From Bacteroidota bacterium (GTDB taxonomy: Bacteria > Bacteroidota > Ignavibacteria > UBA10030 > SZUA-254), in assembly GCA_035524335.1 (NCBI GenBank), contig DATKPE010000055.1:1759-65758 (forward strand): a stretch of 64,000 nt of DNA, given 5' to 3'. The position numbers were made by a program, and so were the translations under genes. The notes under the pieces are model-generated. The model ran no database searches and had not been told where the DNA came from. It saw nothing but the letters and a program-made list of their open reading frames with translations. Every line of letters starts with the position of its first letter. The first letter of the stretch is position 1. This document shows positions 18,306 to 29,200 of the stretch, piece by piece.

Positions 18306-21300
18306 GTGAAAACAATAATACTGTGGTGTTCTTTGCTTTTACCCCTGGCCGTTCCGGCCGCCGGGAATGCCGGTGTGACGCCGGATCGATACGCCAACCT
18401 TCACTGGAGAATGGTCGGTCCGTTCCGGGGCGGCCGGACGGTAGGTCTGGCCGGGATTCCCGATCAGCCGAATGTGTTCTATATCGGCGTGAACAACGGC
18501 GGTGTCTGGCGCACGGACGACTGCGGCCGGACCTGGGATCCTCTCTTTGACAGCGAGGCGACCGGATCGATCGGCGCTGTCGCGGTCGCCCCCTCCCGGC
18601 CCGAGATTATCTACGCCGGCAGTGGTGAGGGTCTTCAGCGTCCCGACCTCTCCGTCGGAGACGGCATGTTCAGATCGACGGACGGCGGGAAACACTGGAT
18701 ACTGTGCGGGCTCACCGACGCCCAGCAGATCGGTGCGATCATCATCGATCCGCGCGATGCCGGACGTGTCTATGCCGCAGTGCTCGGCCATCCCTACGGG
18801 GCGAATGAACAGCGGGGCGTGTTCCGGTCGACCGACGGTGGTACATCGTGGGAGAAGGTTCTCTACAGGGACGAAAACACCGGCGCCATCGGTCTGGCAT
18901 TCGATGTGCGGAATCCCGATGTGCTTTATGCTTCCCTCTGGTCATCCCGCCAGGGTCCGTGGGAGAACGGCGAATGGCAGGGGGCAACGAGCGGGCTCTT
19001 CAAATCGACGGACCGGGGAACAACCTGGCGCCAGCTGACCGCCGGGCTTCCCGGCGCCGATCAGGGGATCGGCCGGATCGGTATCGGCACGGCGCCGAGC
19101 GATCCCTCCGTTGTCTACACGCTCGTCGATGCTGGGAAAGGAGGAGGTTTGTACCGCTCCTCCGACGCAGGGGAACGCTGGGCCTGCGTCAATTCTGAAG
19201 ACCGGATCTGGGGTCGTGGAAGCGATTTCGCGGAGGTGAAGGTCGATCCGCTCGATCCGCAGATTCTGTATGTCGCCAACACATGCACGTACCGGTCCAC
19301 CGACGGGGGCGTTACATTCCTGCCCTTCCGGGGAGCCCCCGGCGGAGACGATTACCACACCATCTGGATCAACCCGAAGCATCGCGAGATCATCGCTCTG
19401 GCAAGCGATCAGGGGGCGGTGATCAGCGTCAATGGAGGACGGACCTGGAGTTCCTGGTACAATCAGCCGACCGCCCAGCTGTATCATGTCGCCGCTGACA
19501 ATCAGATTCCCTATCGCATCTACGGCGGCCAGCAGGAGAGCGGATCGGTCGGCATTACAAGCAGGGGAAGCGACGGCGAGATCACGTTCCGCGACTGGCA
19601 TCCGGTCGGAGCGGATGAGTGGGCGACGATCGCCCCCGATCCTCTCCATCCGAACCTGATTTACGCCGGAAAGTGCACACGCTATGATCTGCAGACCGGC
19701 CAGGTAAAGGTCGTCGCGCCGGAGGTCCTCCGCAGCGGGCGGTACCGTTTTCTCCGGACAGCTCCGCTCTCCTTTTCACCCGCAGATCCGCGGACGCTCT
19801 ATCTCGCGGGCAATGTGGTGTTCAGCACAACGGACGGCGGCGACACGTGGACTGTCGTGAGCCCGGACCTCTCGCGCGAGTCGCCGGACGTTCCGGCTTC
19901 GATCGGGATTTTTCGGACTCCGGATCTGGCTAAACAGCCGCGCCGGGGGGTTGTGTACGCACTCGGGTTGTCCCCTCTCGACCGGCGCTGTCTCTGGGCC
20001 GGCACGGACGACGGTTTGATACACGTTTCCACGGACGGCGGATCCCGGTGGACCGACGTGACGCCCCCGGGACTGACCGCCTGGAGCAAGGTTGCCTGCC
20101 TCGATGCCGGTCATTACAGCGTCCTGACCGCATACGCCGCCGTGAACAGATTCCGCCTGGACGATCTCCGCCCCCACATCTACAGAACGCGGGACGGAGG
20201 GAAAAGCTGGCGGGAAATCGTCAGCGGCCTGCCGGAGAGCGGACCCGTGAACGTTGTGCGGGAAGACCCTGAACGGGCAGGAGTTCTGTACGCAGGTACG
20301 GAGCGGGCCGTCTATGTCTCGCTCGACGACGGAGAACACTGGCTTCCGCTCAGGCTCAACATGCCCGCGACATCGGTCCGCGACCTTATCGTCCATAACG
20401 ACGACATCGTCGCCGCGACGCACGGACGCTCATTCTGGGTTCTGGACGGGATCAATGAACTCAGGCGTTTTCCCGATGCCGATTTTTCCGGCGCGTTTCT
20501 CGTAAAGCCGGGAACAGCCTGGCGTATCCGCTGGAACCAGAACACCGACACACCGCTTCCTCCCGATGAACCCGCAGGGGAGAACCCGCCGGACGGCGCG
20601 GCGCTGGACTACTGGCTTCCCGCCGATGTGCCGTCGCTGACGCTGACGGTGACCGACCGGGACGGCAATATCGTCCGATCCGTGTCCGCCGACGATATCC
20701 CGGAACATATTGATGAACGCGAACTCCGCATTCCTGCGTACTGGATCCGTCCGGCACAGACCCTTTCCGCGGCCGCGGGCATGCACCGCTTTGTGTGGGA
20801 TCTGCATTATGCACCGCCGGAAAGTCTTCCCCGGTCGTTCCCCATCAGCGCGATCGTTCACAACACACCGAGCCAGCCGCTCGGCCCGTGGGTTTTGCCC
20901 GGAGAATATACCGTGAGTCTGAACGTGAACGGCAGGAAGATCGCACAGCCGCTCACCGTCCGCATAGATCCGCGAATTCCGGAGAGCGGCGGATTTCCTT
21001 CCGATCAGCACGAATATTCGCTCCGGTGTTACAGGGCGCTCGGAGAGATCCGGAGTATGCTGAGACTCGCCCACCGTATCGGATCGGAGATCGGACACGA
21101 CACTATGAATGTCCGCGACCATATTCTGGCGGATTCCCTGCGATCGGTCGGCAGGGTACTGGCGGGTATGGAAGGAGACGGCGTACCGGAGGATATCGAC
21201 GTTGTCTATTTTGAAATCGGGGCTGAAAAACCGGTCCGCGAGACATTCACGGGGCTTCAGACAAAATTTCTGTATATTATGACCGTGCTTCAGAACGCGG

Positions 21301-21458
21301 ATGTGTCGCCGACACCGGTTCAGATCGCATCGGTCCGCTCGGCGGAAGGCACACTCGCCGCGGTACGGGGGTGGTGGAAAAATTTCCTTTCCGACCGGAT
21401 TGCGGGCCTGAACGATCTTCTGAAAGGAAAAGGTGCGGCGCTTCTCCCGCTGGAATAA
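18306..21458 (+). CDS. secreted BNR/Asp-box repeat protein, sortilin/Vps10-like (glycosyl hydrolase-like beta-propellers)
   Basis: GTG start. Signal peptide 'KTIILWCSLLLPLAVPAAG'. Multiple Asp-box motifs 'STDGGKHW', 'STDGGTSW', 'STDRGTTW', 'SSDAGERW', 'STDGGVTF', 'TTDGGDTW', 'STDGGSRW', 'TRDGGKSW'. No T9SS C-terminal domain. Confidence 0.7.
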   Translation: MKTIILWCSLLLPLAVPAAGNAGVTPDRYANLHWRMVGPFRGGRTVGLAGIPDQPNVFYIGVNNGGVWRTDDCGRTWDPLFDSEATGSIGAVAVAPSRPEIIYAGSGEGLQRPDLSVGDGMFRSTDGGKHWILCGLTDAQQIGAIIIDPRDAGRVYAAVLGHPYGANEQRGVFRSTDGGTSWEKVLYRDENTGAIGLAFDVRNPDVLYASLWSSRQGPWENGEWQGATSGLFKSTDRGTTWRQLTAGLPGADQGIGRIGIGTAPSDPSVVYTLVDAGKGGGLYRSSDAGERWACVNSEDRIWGRGSDFAEVKVDPLDPQILYVANTCTYRSTDGGVTFLPFRGAPGGDDYHTIWINPKHREIIALASDQGAVISVNGGRTWSSWYNQPTAQLYHVAADNQIPYRIYGGQQESGSVGITSRGSDGEITFRDWHPVGADEWATIAPDPLHPNLIYAGKCTRYDLQTGQVKVVAPEVLRSGRYRFLRTAPLSFSPADPRTLYLAGNVVFSTTDGGDTWTVVSPDLSRESPDVPASIGIFRTPDLAKQPRRGVVYALGLSPLDRRCLWAGTDDGLIHVSTDGGSRWTDVTPPGLTAWSKVACLDAGHYSVLTAYAAVNRFRLDDLRPHIYRTRDGGKSWREIVSGLPESGPVNVVREDPERAGVLYAGTERAVYVSLDDGEHWLPLRLNMPATSVRDLIVHNDDIVAATHGRSFWVLDGINELRRFPDADFSGAFLVKPGTAWRIRWNQNTDTPLPPDEPAGENPPDGAALDYWLPADVPSLTLTVTDRDGNIVRSVSADDIPEHIDERELRIPAYWIRPAQTLSAAAGMHRFVWDLHYAPPESLPRSFPISAIVHNTPSQPLGPWVLPGEYTVSLNVNGRKIAQPLTVRIDPRIPESGGFPSDQHEYSLRCYRALGEIRSMLRLAHRIGSEIGHDTMNVRDHILADSLRSVGRVLAGMEGDGVPEDIDVVYFEIGAEKPVRETFTGLQTKFLYIMTVLQNADVSPTPVQIASVRSAEGTLAAVRGWWKNFLSDRIAGLNDLLKGKGAALLPLE

Positions 21459-21532
21459 AATAAGGCAAACCGGCGAACATCAGAAAATACAACGTTCGAC
21501 TTCAATCATCATCAGGAGAGGAGATAATATCA

Positions 21533-22651
21533 ATGGCTGTAAAGTTCTTCGGAAAAAGCACAGGGTTTCTCATCATGGCGATCCTGGCGGTTGGACCTGC
21601 ACGGCTTGCCGCTCAGCCGGGGCAGGAGGAAGCGGCGCCGGTGAAAACGGCGGCTGAGGTTCAGAAAAACATTCAGGTGTTCAAGACGCTTCCGGCCTCA
21701 CAGCTCGACATGGTCATGGATCTCATGGCGTCGTCCCTCGGGGTCCGGTGCGGATTCTGCCACGTCCAGGATTCCACAGGCTGGCATTATGAAAAAGATG
21801 ACAAGCTCGAAAAACGCAAGACGCGCAAAATGATCGAAATGGTGACCGATCTCAACACGAAAACCTTCGGCGGAAGGTCGGCGGTGACCTGTTATACCTG
21901 CCATCGCGGCACGACGGAACCTGTGGAGATGATCCCCATACCGCCGCCGTCTCCCAAACAGCGGCGGTCGGAAGAGGAACGCACCAGCTACCCCGCCGTG
22001 GAATCGATCATGGCAAAATACGAGGCGAGCCTGGGCGGGGCGGAGGCAATCGGCAAAATCAGCAGTCGTGTAACGAAGGGAAAGGCGGTGGATGCCCAGG
22101 GGCGCGAGATGCCACAGGTCATCAGCCAGCTGGCCCCCGGCAATTATCTCGCCGTGACAACGATGCGCGAAGGGGTCGAGCGTTCGGTCGGGTTCGACGG
22201 CGCGACTGGGTGGATGAGCTCGCCGCGGGGTATGCGCGAACTGCCCCCCGATGCCGCGGTGGAACTCAGAAACGCCGCATTCCTGTTCCCCATCCAGCAT
22301 ATGCGTGAACTGAAGAAACTGCTTCATGTGTACGGGACCGACACCGTCGGCGGAACGGGAGTGTTTGTTCTCTCGGCACAGCTGACACGCGGTATCACCG
22401 AAAAATATTACATCGACTCCACAAGCGGCCTCCTTCTCCGGAAGGTCAGCACCACGGATACCCCGATCGGGCTCATTCCGGAGGAGACCGATTACAGCGA
22501 CTACCGGGCGGTGGACGGGGTTAAAGTCCCCTATGCCGTCACGACCGTCGCGGTTGATCCGCATGACGGGTCGACATTCCGGGTAGAGAGCGTGGAACAG
22601 AACGTCCATCTTGACCCGAAGAAATTCATGATGCCGCCGGCAAAAAAATAG
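21533..22651 (+). CDS. dihaem c-type cytochrome (reaction-centre cytochrome-c-subunit-like fold) fused to LolA-like/lipoprotein-sorting-like C-terminal domain
   Basis: Signal peptide. Two CXXCH motifs ('CGFCHV', 'CYTCHRG') in a 'NIQVFKTLPASQL...MASSLGVRCGFCHV' context typical of the CytoC_RC-like family. The C-terminal ~230 aa is beta-rich with a LolA-like pattern. The fusion is inferred by recall only. Confidence 0.5.
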   Translation: MAVKFFGKSTGFLIMAILAVGPARLAAQPGQEEAAPVKTAAEVQKNIQVFKTLPASQLDMVMDLMASSLGVRCGFCHVQDSTGWHYEKDDKLEKRKTRKMIEMVTDLNTKTFGGRSAVTCYTCHRGTTEPVEMIPIPPPSPKQRRSEEERTSYPAVESIMAKYEASLGGAEAIGKISSRVTKGKAVDAQGREMPQVISQLAPGNYLAVTTMREGVERSVGFDGATGWMSSPRGMRELPPDAAVELRNAAFLFPIQHMRELKKLLHVYGTDTVGGTGVFVLSAQLTRGITEKYYIDSTSGLLLRKVSTTDTPIGLIPEETDYSDYRAVDGVKVPYAVTTVAVDPHDGSTFRVESVEQNVHLDPKKFMMPPAKK

Positions 22652-22665
22652 GAAATGTCTGATCA

Positions 22666-22692
22666 GGACACCGGTCCGCCCGGCCGGTGTCC
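22666..22692 (+). terminator. GC-rich hairpin after cytochrome gene (GGACACCGG-N9-CCGGTGTCC), weak U-tract
   Basis: Perfect 9-bp inverted repeat 15 nt after the stop codon, followed only by 'TT'. Confidence 0.3.
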
Positions 22693-22970
22693 TTGCTCAG
22701 TCGGGATTGCGGTTCGGGGGAGCGGAGGATCGGTATCACCTGTCAGCATTAATCCGGATTCGTAAAGGCGGACATCCTTGCGGTGATTGCTCCCGTGAAT
22801 ACAGATCATTCGACGGGTCGGCGATGACCGGATTATCCGGTTCTGATGGCGCCGGTTCACGGTTATCGGATCATTCAGATCCGGGAAATCGGGTAAATCA
22901 GTCTGTAAATAACTGATAAAAAACACATATTTGTCACTTCCCGGAAAATTCCGGGGAATCGAAATTATCC

Positions 22971-22999
22971 ATTGACTTTTGACCCCCGTCTGGATATAT
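22971..22999 (+). promoter_or_regulatory. sigma70-like promoter TTGACT-N17-TATATT, about 290 nt upstream of giant T9SS cargo gene
   Basis: 'ttgacttttgacccccgtctggatatatt'. Near-consensus -35/-10 with 17-nt spacing. Implies a long 5' leader. Confidence 0.4.
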
Positions 23000-23292
23000 T
23001 TCCGGTGTTAGGGAGTTACGTGGAGAACCTCGGGTTGGGTCTGTAAAGCACAGACAGGGTTAACCATCATCTTACCACAGATTTCTCCGTTCTTTCGCGA
23101 TCATCTCTCCTCCGCTTTTTTCGCTGCGTCGGTTCGCTGCTTCATTCATCTCCGGCGGACAATACAGCATCCGCAATAAGACGTTTCCGACTTCGTCAAT
23201 CTGAGGAAGAGACGCGAAAAGCATTCTTCGGCAGGTATTTCAATTAACGGATGGGGGGAGGCAACCTATGTGCGGCATCAGGAGGAACGGCC

Positions 23293-26200
23293 ATGAAGTG
23301 TCTCTTCTCATTTCGTCATCTTTCCCTTCTCATATCCCTTCTCATCTGCATCGGTGCACCTGCGCAAGGTCAGTGGTCCCGAAATCCGGCGGTGAACACT
23401 CCCGTGAGTACGGCAAGAGCCAACCAGACCGGTCCGGTGATCGTTTCCGACGGCGCAAGCGGCGCCATCATCACCTGGCAGGATACGCGTGATTCGGCCA
23501 CGAGGGGCATCGATCTGTATGCACAGCGCCTCAATTCGCGAGGGATCGGCCAATGGACGGCGAACGGCATCGTCATCTCGAGGTCTACCGGCAACCAGAC
23601 TGCCCAGAACGCGGTCCCTGACGGCCGGGGCGGGTATATCGTCGTCTGGCAGGATACCCGCAACGGAAACAGCGACATCTATGCCCAGCACATCGGATCG
23701 GACAGCACGAAGCTGTGGACCGGGAACGGTACTCCGATCTGCACCGAGGCGCATGAACAGACACTTCCGGTCATCGCGCCGGATAATCTCGGCGGAGCCT
23801 TCATCGTCTGGCAGGATTATCGGAACGGCAATGCCGACCTCTACGCACAGCACATCAACTCGGGCGGAACGCTTCTCTGGGCAACCGACGGTGTTCCGGT
23901 GGTGACCGCTGCAAATGATCAGATCCTCCCCTCTCTCATCAGCGACGGGAATTCCGGAGCGATCGTCGCCTGGCAGGATCTGAGGAACGGTCTGGATTTT
24001 GACATATATGCGCAGGATATCCAGTCTTCGGGAACTCCGGCCTGGACAGCGAACGGTGTTCCGGTTGCTGTGGCCGCAAATCACCAGCGCAATCCGGTTC
24101 TCACCTCCGACGGTTCGAACGGAGCCTTCATCTGCTGGGAGGATTACCGGAACGACATCCCCAATGTCTACATCCAGCGGATCAATTCGTCGGGTTCCGT
24201 ACAGTTGACCGCGAACGGCATCCCCCTTTCTGCTTCGGCCTATTCGGAAACACAGCCCAGAATCATCGCCGACGGACTCGGAGGGGCCATAGCGGTATGG
24301 ACGGATCTGCGGGACGGCGATGCGGATATTTTTGCCCAGCGCGTGAATTCGTCCGGTGCGCCGCAGTGGGCGGTTGGCGGGCTGGCAATCTGCTCGGCGA
24401 CGGGCGTTCAGAAGAATCCGGTGATCGTGACGGATGCCTACAATGGTGTGATTGTCGCCTGGGAAGATTACCGCAGCGGCGGAGCGGATGTGTACGCGCA
24501 GCGCGTGCTCTCCAATGGTTCATTCCTCTGGGCCATCAACGGGGTCGGAATAGCCACGGATCCATCAGCGCAGACGGTACCGGCGATCGTCGATAACGGA
24601 GCCCACGGAGCAATCCTCTCCTGGCAGGATGCGCGCAACAGTGCGACGCTGGGGAGCGATATCTATGCCCAGCTGGTGAACGATATCGGTACGCTCGGCG
24701 GTTATTCGATTCATGGCGTCTTTTTCAACGACCTGAATCAGAACGGCGTCCACGATTCAACGGAGCCGTATGTTGCGGGCTGGATCATCAACCTCACCGG
24801 GCCGACCGTCAAGATCGACACCACAGATGCAACAGGCGCATATTCGTTCGACGGGCTCGCGACGGGAATCTATACACTTCAGCCCCAGATAAAAACCGGC
24901 TGGATCCAGACGTCGGTCACCGATTCCATTGTGAATCTTTCGATCGGGGGGGATTCCATACGAAATTATGGCGTCTTCCGGCTGGGATCCATATCCGGCA
25001 TGGCCTTCAAGGATAAAAATCATGACGGAGTGTACCAGACGGGAGAAAAAGGAGACGCCAACAGAGTCATCCACCTCAGCGGTGCGGCGACGATGCAGAG
25101 CACGACCGACGTCAACGGTCTGTTCTCGTTCGTCGGCCTCCAGACCGGGACATACTATCTCGCGGAAGACACCGTTGCCGGATATCTCTCCACCACAATT
25201 CCCCCTGTCGATACCGTCACCATCGATTCGGCAGGCCAGGCGAAATCCGGTTATTATTTCGGCTGTTTCCAGCTGGGAAAAGTTTCCGGGACAGTGTACA
25301 ACGACCTTACCGGCGACAGCGCGATCGTCGTGAATTCGAAATACGATTCGACGGTCTCCGGCTGGGAGGTGAAGCTCTACCGTGGAGGCGTTCTCGCCGC
25401 CGATACGCTTACGAATACGAGTGGAGGTTATCTGTTTGCAAATCTGGACACCGGCAAATATGTGGTTCGGGAAAATCTCCAGACCGGATGGTTCCAGACC
25501 TATCCGAAGCCTCCCGGCGATACGCTGTTCGCAAACGGTGAGCGGGGATACCGGGTGGGGATCGATTCCGGCGGGATCTCCGTCACGACACGCGATTTCG
25601 GCAACTTCCGGTCGGGAATGATCAGCGGTCTGGTCTTCAACGATGTGCTCGACGACAGCAGTGCGGCGGGGGATCCCGGACTGGCCGGCTGGTGTGTGAA
25701 GCTCTATTCCGGCGGAGTTCTGGTTGCTCAGCAATACACGGACAACAACGGCGTCTACCGCTTTGCCAACATTGTGGGGGGAAATTACACCCTCGAGGAG
25801 AGCCTGGCGACGCAATACAGCGAAACGTATCCCGCGCTCGATACGAGCATTCATCAGTACGGGCCCGGTGCCGGTCCCCGCGGTTACAAGATCGTCATCG
25901 CGAACGGGAAAAGCGTCACGGCAAATTTCGGCAATTTCAGGTTCGGTACGATCCGCGGCAGGGTGCTTCTCGACGTGGCGAATGACAGCATGGTCATCGG
26001 CGATCCGCCGGTTCCCGGCTGGCTTGTGCGTCTGAGCAGGGGATCGCAGTCGAAAGTTGTCGCTACCGACGCGGACGGAGCATACAGTTTCACGGTCGAC
26101 GCCGGACACTACGTTGTCGAGGAAAGTGTCATGGTCTCCTCTGGTCAAACCTATCCCCGGGTCAATTTCCCGAATGTCGCGGTTTACGCCCACAATAAGC

Positions 26201-29200
26201 GTGTCTATACCATCGCGGTCGATACGAGCGGCGAAACGGACGATGCGGTCGATTTCGGCATCACCACGGGGTACATCGGCGGCGTCGTTTTCAACGATCA
26301 GAACGGCGACGGCGTACGTGAAGACAGCGAACCGGGTCTGGCGGGGGTTCCGGTTTTCCTGGGCGGAAAGAAAACAGATATTGCCATGACCGACGCCACC
26401 GGCAAATATTTCTTTGTCGGGCTGGATGCCGGAACGTACTACGTCTCCGATTCGATTCCTGCGGGCTGGACAAAGACATATCCGCCCGGTTCTCCGGACT
26501 ACATCGTTCAGATCACCGGCCAGACGACGTATCAGCCCGGTTTCAACTTCGGTCATTTCATGCAGGGCTCAATCGGCGGCACGGTCTATTTTGACCGCGA
26601 CAGCAATGCCGTCCGCGATCCGCGGGATCCCGGCCTGTCCGGATGGTATGTGACCGTCGGAGGGAGGCGAACCGATACGATCATGACCGACGGCTCGGGG
26701 CATTATCTCTTCTCCAACCTTACGGAGGGGGTCTACTGGCTCAAGCTTCTCCCCAAACCGGGGTGGAAACAGACAAGTCCGCACGATTCGACCTTCGTAA
26801 CGATTTCGAGCGGCGTAGACGTTCCGACAATCGATTTCGGCGTCACAGGCGTCGGCAGGATTTCGGGCATGGTGTATAACGATCTCGACAGGAATGCCGC
26901 CAAGGGAGCCGCTGAACCGGGCATTGCCGGATGGCCTGTTGTCATACAGACCGGCGGCAGGATCGATACCGTCAATTCCGATGCCGGCGGGAATTTCATG
27001 CTTACCCGGCTTGGACCTGGCGACTATACGATCCAGGCCGCCGCGCCTCCGGGCTGGCTGATGACCTACCCGGCGGCCGCCGTGTACTCCGTCACACTGC
27101 CCGCATCGGGCACGAGCCAGGGTAACGACTACGGCGAGTTTGCCCTCGGGCAGATCGGCGGCACGGTGTTCAGCGACGATAATGCGAGCGGCACGTTCGA
27201 TTCCCTTGAGCACGGCATCCCGGGGGTCAGGATTCTTCTCACCGGCGCACGGATCGATTCGGTGCTGACCGGCTCCGACGGGAGCTTCACGTTCATGAAT
27301 CTGGACACGGGATCCTATGTCGTTCAGGAACGGAATATCCCCTTCGTCGTACGGTCGGTCCCGAAGACCGGCAACAGTTACACCGACGCCATTACAGCCG
27401 GCGGCCAGGTGAAAAAAGGAAGGAACTTCGGACACTTCCAGAGTGATATGGTTTCCGGCGGCGTGTTCAACGATCTCCGCGCCGACGCGGTCAAAGATTC
27501 CAGCGATCCGCCGCTGAACGGCTGGCGGGTCCATCTCCACCGCACCGATATCGCCGCTGTCGACTCCGTGATCATCACCGGCATGGACGGCGTGTTTCAG
27601 TTTACCGGCGTCCCTGCCGGCAGGTATGTGCTCGCAACGGAAACCCCCGCCGGATGGTATCAGACGCTTCCGGCGGGACCGGATACCATCACGCTCGCGA
27701 CCCCCGGTCAGCAGGTGACCGGAAAATACCTCGGATATTATTTCACCCTCTTTTCCGGAAAGGTCTTCAACGATTTCAACGGGGATGGCGTCAATGATCC
27801 GGGAGAACCGGGAAGGGGCGGTCTCCACCTGTTCCTGGTGAAGAACGGAACGGTTATCGACAGCACCCAATCCGATTCCGCGGGAGGGTATTCCTTCAGG
27901 AGCCGCGGCCCCGGCACCTACATCATAACGCAGGCGGCGGAACAGTCGTGGCTGCAGACAGCGACGCCGGCGGCGATCGTGCTCACCCAGCCGAGCGGCA
28001 GTACATTCGCCAATCTCAACTTTGGCGATTTCCAGAGGATCACGATCTCGGGCGTGGCGTTTGAAGATCTGAACCGCAACGGCATTCTGGACGGATCGGA
28101 AACGGGTCTTATTCAGTGCGTCATAACGCTGAAGAAGAACGGAACCGTCTTTGCGGTCGACACCACCCTCGCCGACGGAAGCTATTCCTTCTCGAATCTC
28201 GGTCCCGGAAACTATACCTTCGCACAGCAGATCCGGACGGGATACCTGAAGAGCGCACCGGTCGCGCCCGACACCTTCAGCGTGGCGGGCATGAGCGGCA
28301 CATCGGTTGCCGGGAAGAACTTCGGGAATTATCTGAACACCTACCGTTCGATAACGGCGCGCATTCTCTCCGATGCCGACGGCAAGTTCAGCACGGCTGA
28401 CGACCGGACCATCCGGAGCTGGTGGATCGGACTCTCCCGGGCCGGAGTTCTCCTGAAAAGCGTGACGAACGGATGGCTCGACACCGCCAATCTGCCCGCC
28501 GGCACATATGTGGTGCAGATTGCGGACAGCAGCGGCGGTGCCTGGTCTGTGCTCGGCGAACACCGGACGATCCACCGTCTTTCTCTCGCCGATTCCGTCA
28601 TCCAGCGCACCGGCAGTGTGCTGTCGGATACGGTGATTCTCGGGACGAATGATTCGCATCTCCTCGATTTTGTCTCGGTGAAATACAGCCAGATCGTGGT
28701 GCGGGCGTTTGCCGATGCAGACGGCGATACCGCGACCACGGGAGATCAGAACGGCCTGATCCGCGGACTCGAGGTCTATGCGAAGTACGTCGCGCCGGCC
28801 AACCTCACCGGATCCCGGAGCGATTCGGCCTATGCCGCCGTAAACCTCGGGAGCGGAGCGTTCGTCCTGCGGCAGCTGCCTCTCGCGGGCTGGCAGACGA
28901 TCCGGACGCGCGTGAACGGGATCTCACGGGGGACTGCGTACGACACCGTGAGTGTTGCCCTGACCCCGGGAATGAGGGATACCGTCGATTTCTTCAGCAC
29001 ACCCACCGGAACAATTATTGCGCGGTGCCTGTCGGATGACGACGGAGACACGCTCACCGTGTCCGATGAGGCGTTTGCGAAATGGGGATTCGCAATTTAT
29101 AAGAACGTCATATCCGCATCGACGCGGGTCGATACCGCGGTGGCGGAAAGTCTCTCGGCGGTCCATCTCGCGGGAAGCTACATCCTGCGTCAGACGCATG

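Noticed and set aside
22663-22926. Small ORFs (87 aa minus, 69 aa plus) in the intergenic region upstream of the giant gene
   Set aside because: Mutually overlapping. No RBS, no motif. The region looks regulatory.
24757-28659. Two long minus-strand ORFs (599 and 696 aa) inside the giant T9SS cargo gene
   Set aside because: Antisense to a region of highly regular SdrD-B-type repeats on the + strand. These are artefacts of repeat-rich, GC-rich sequence.
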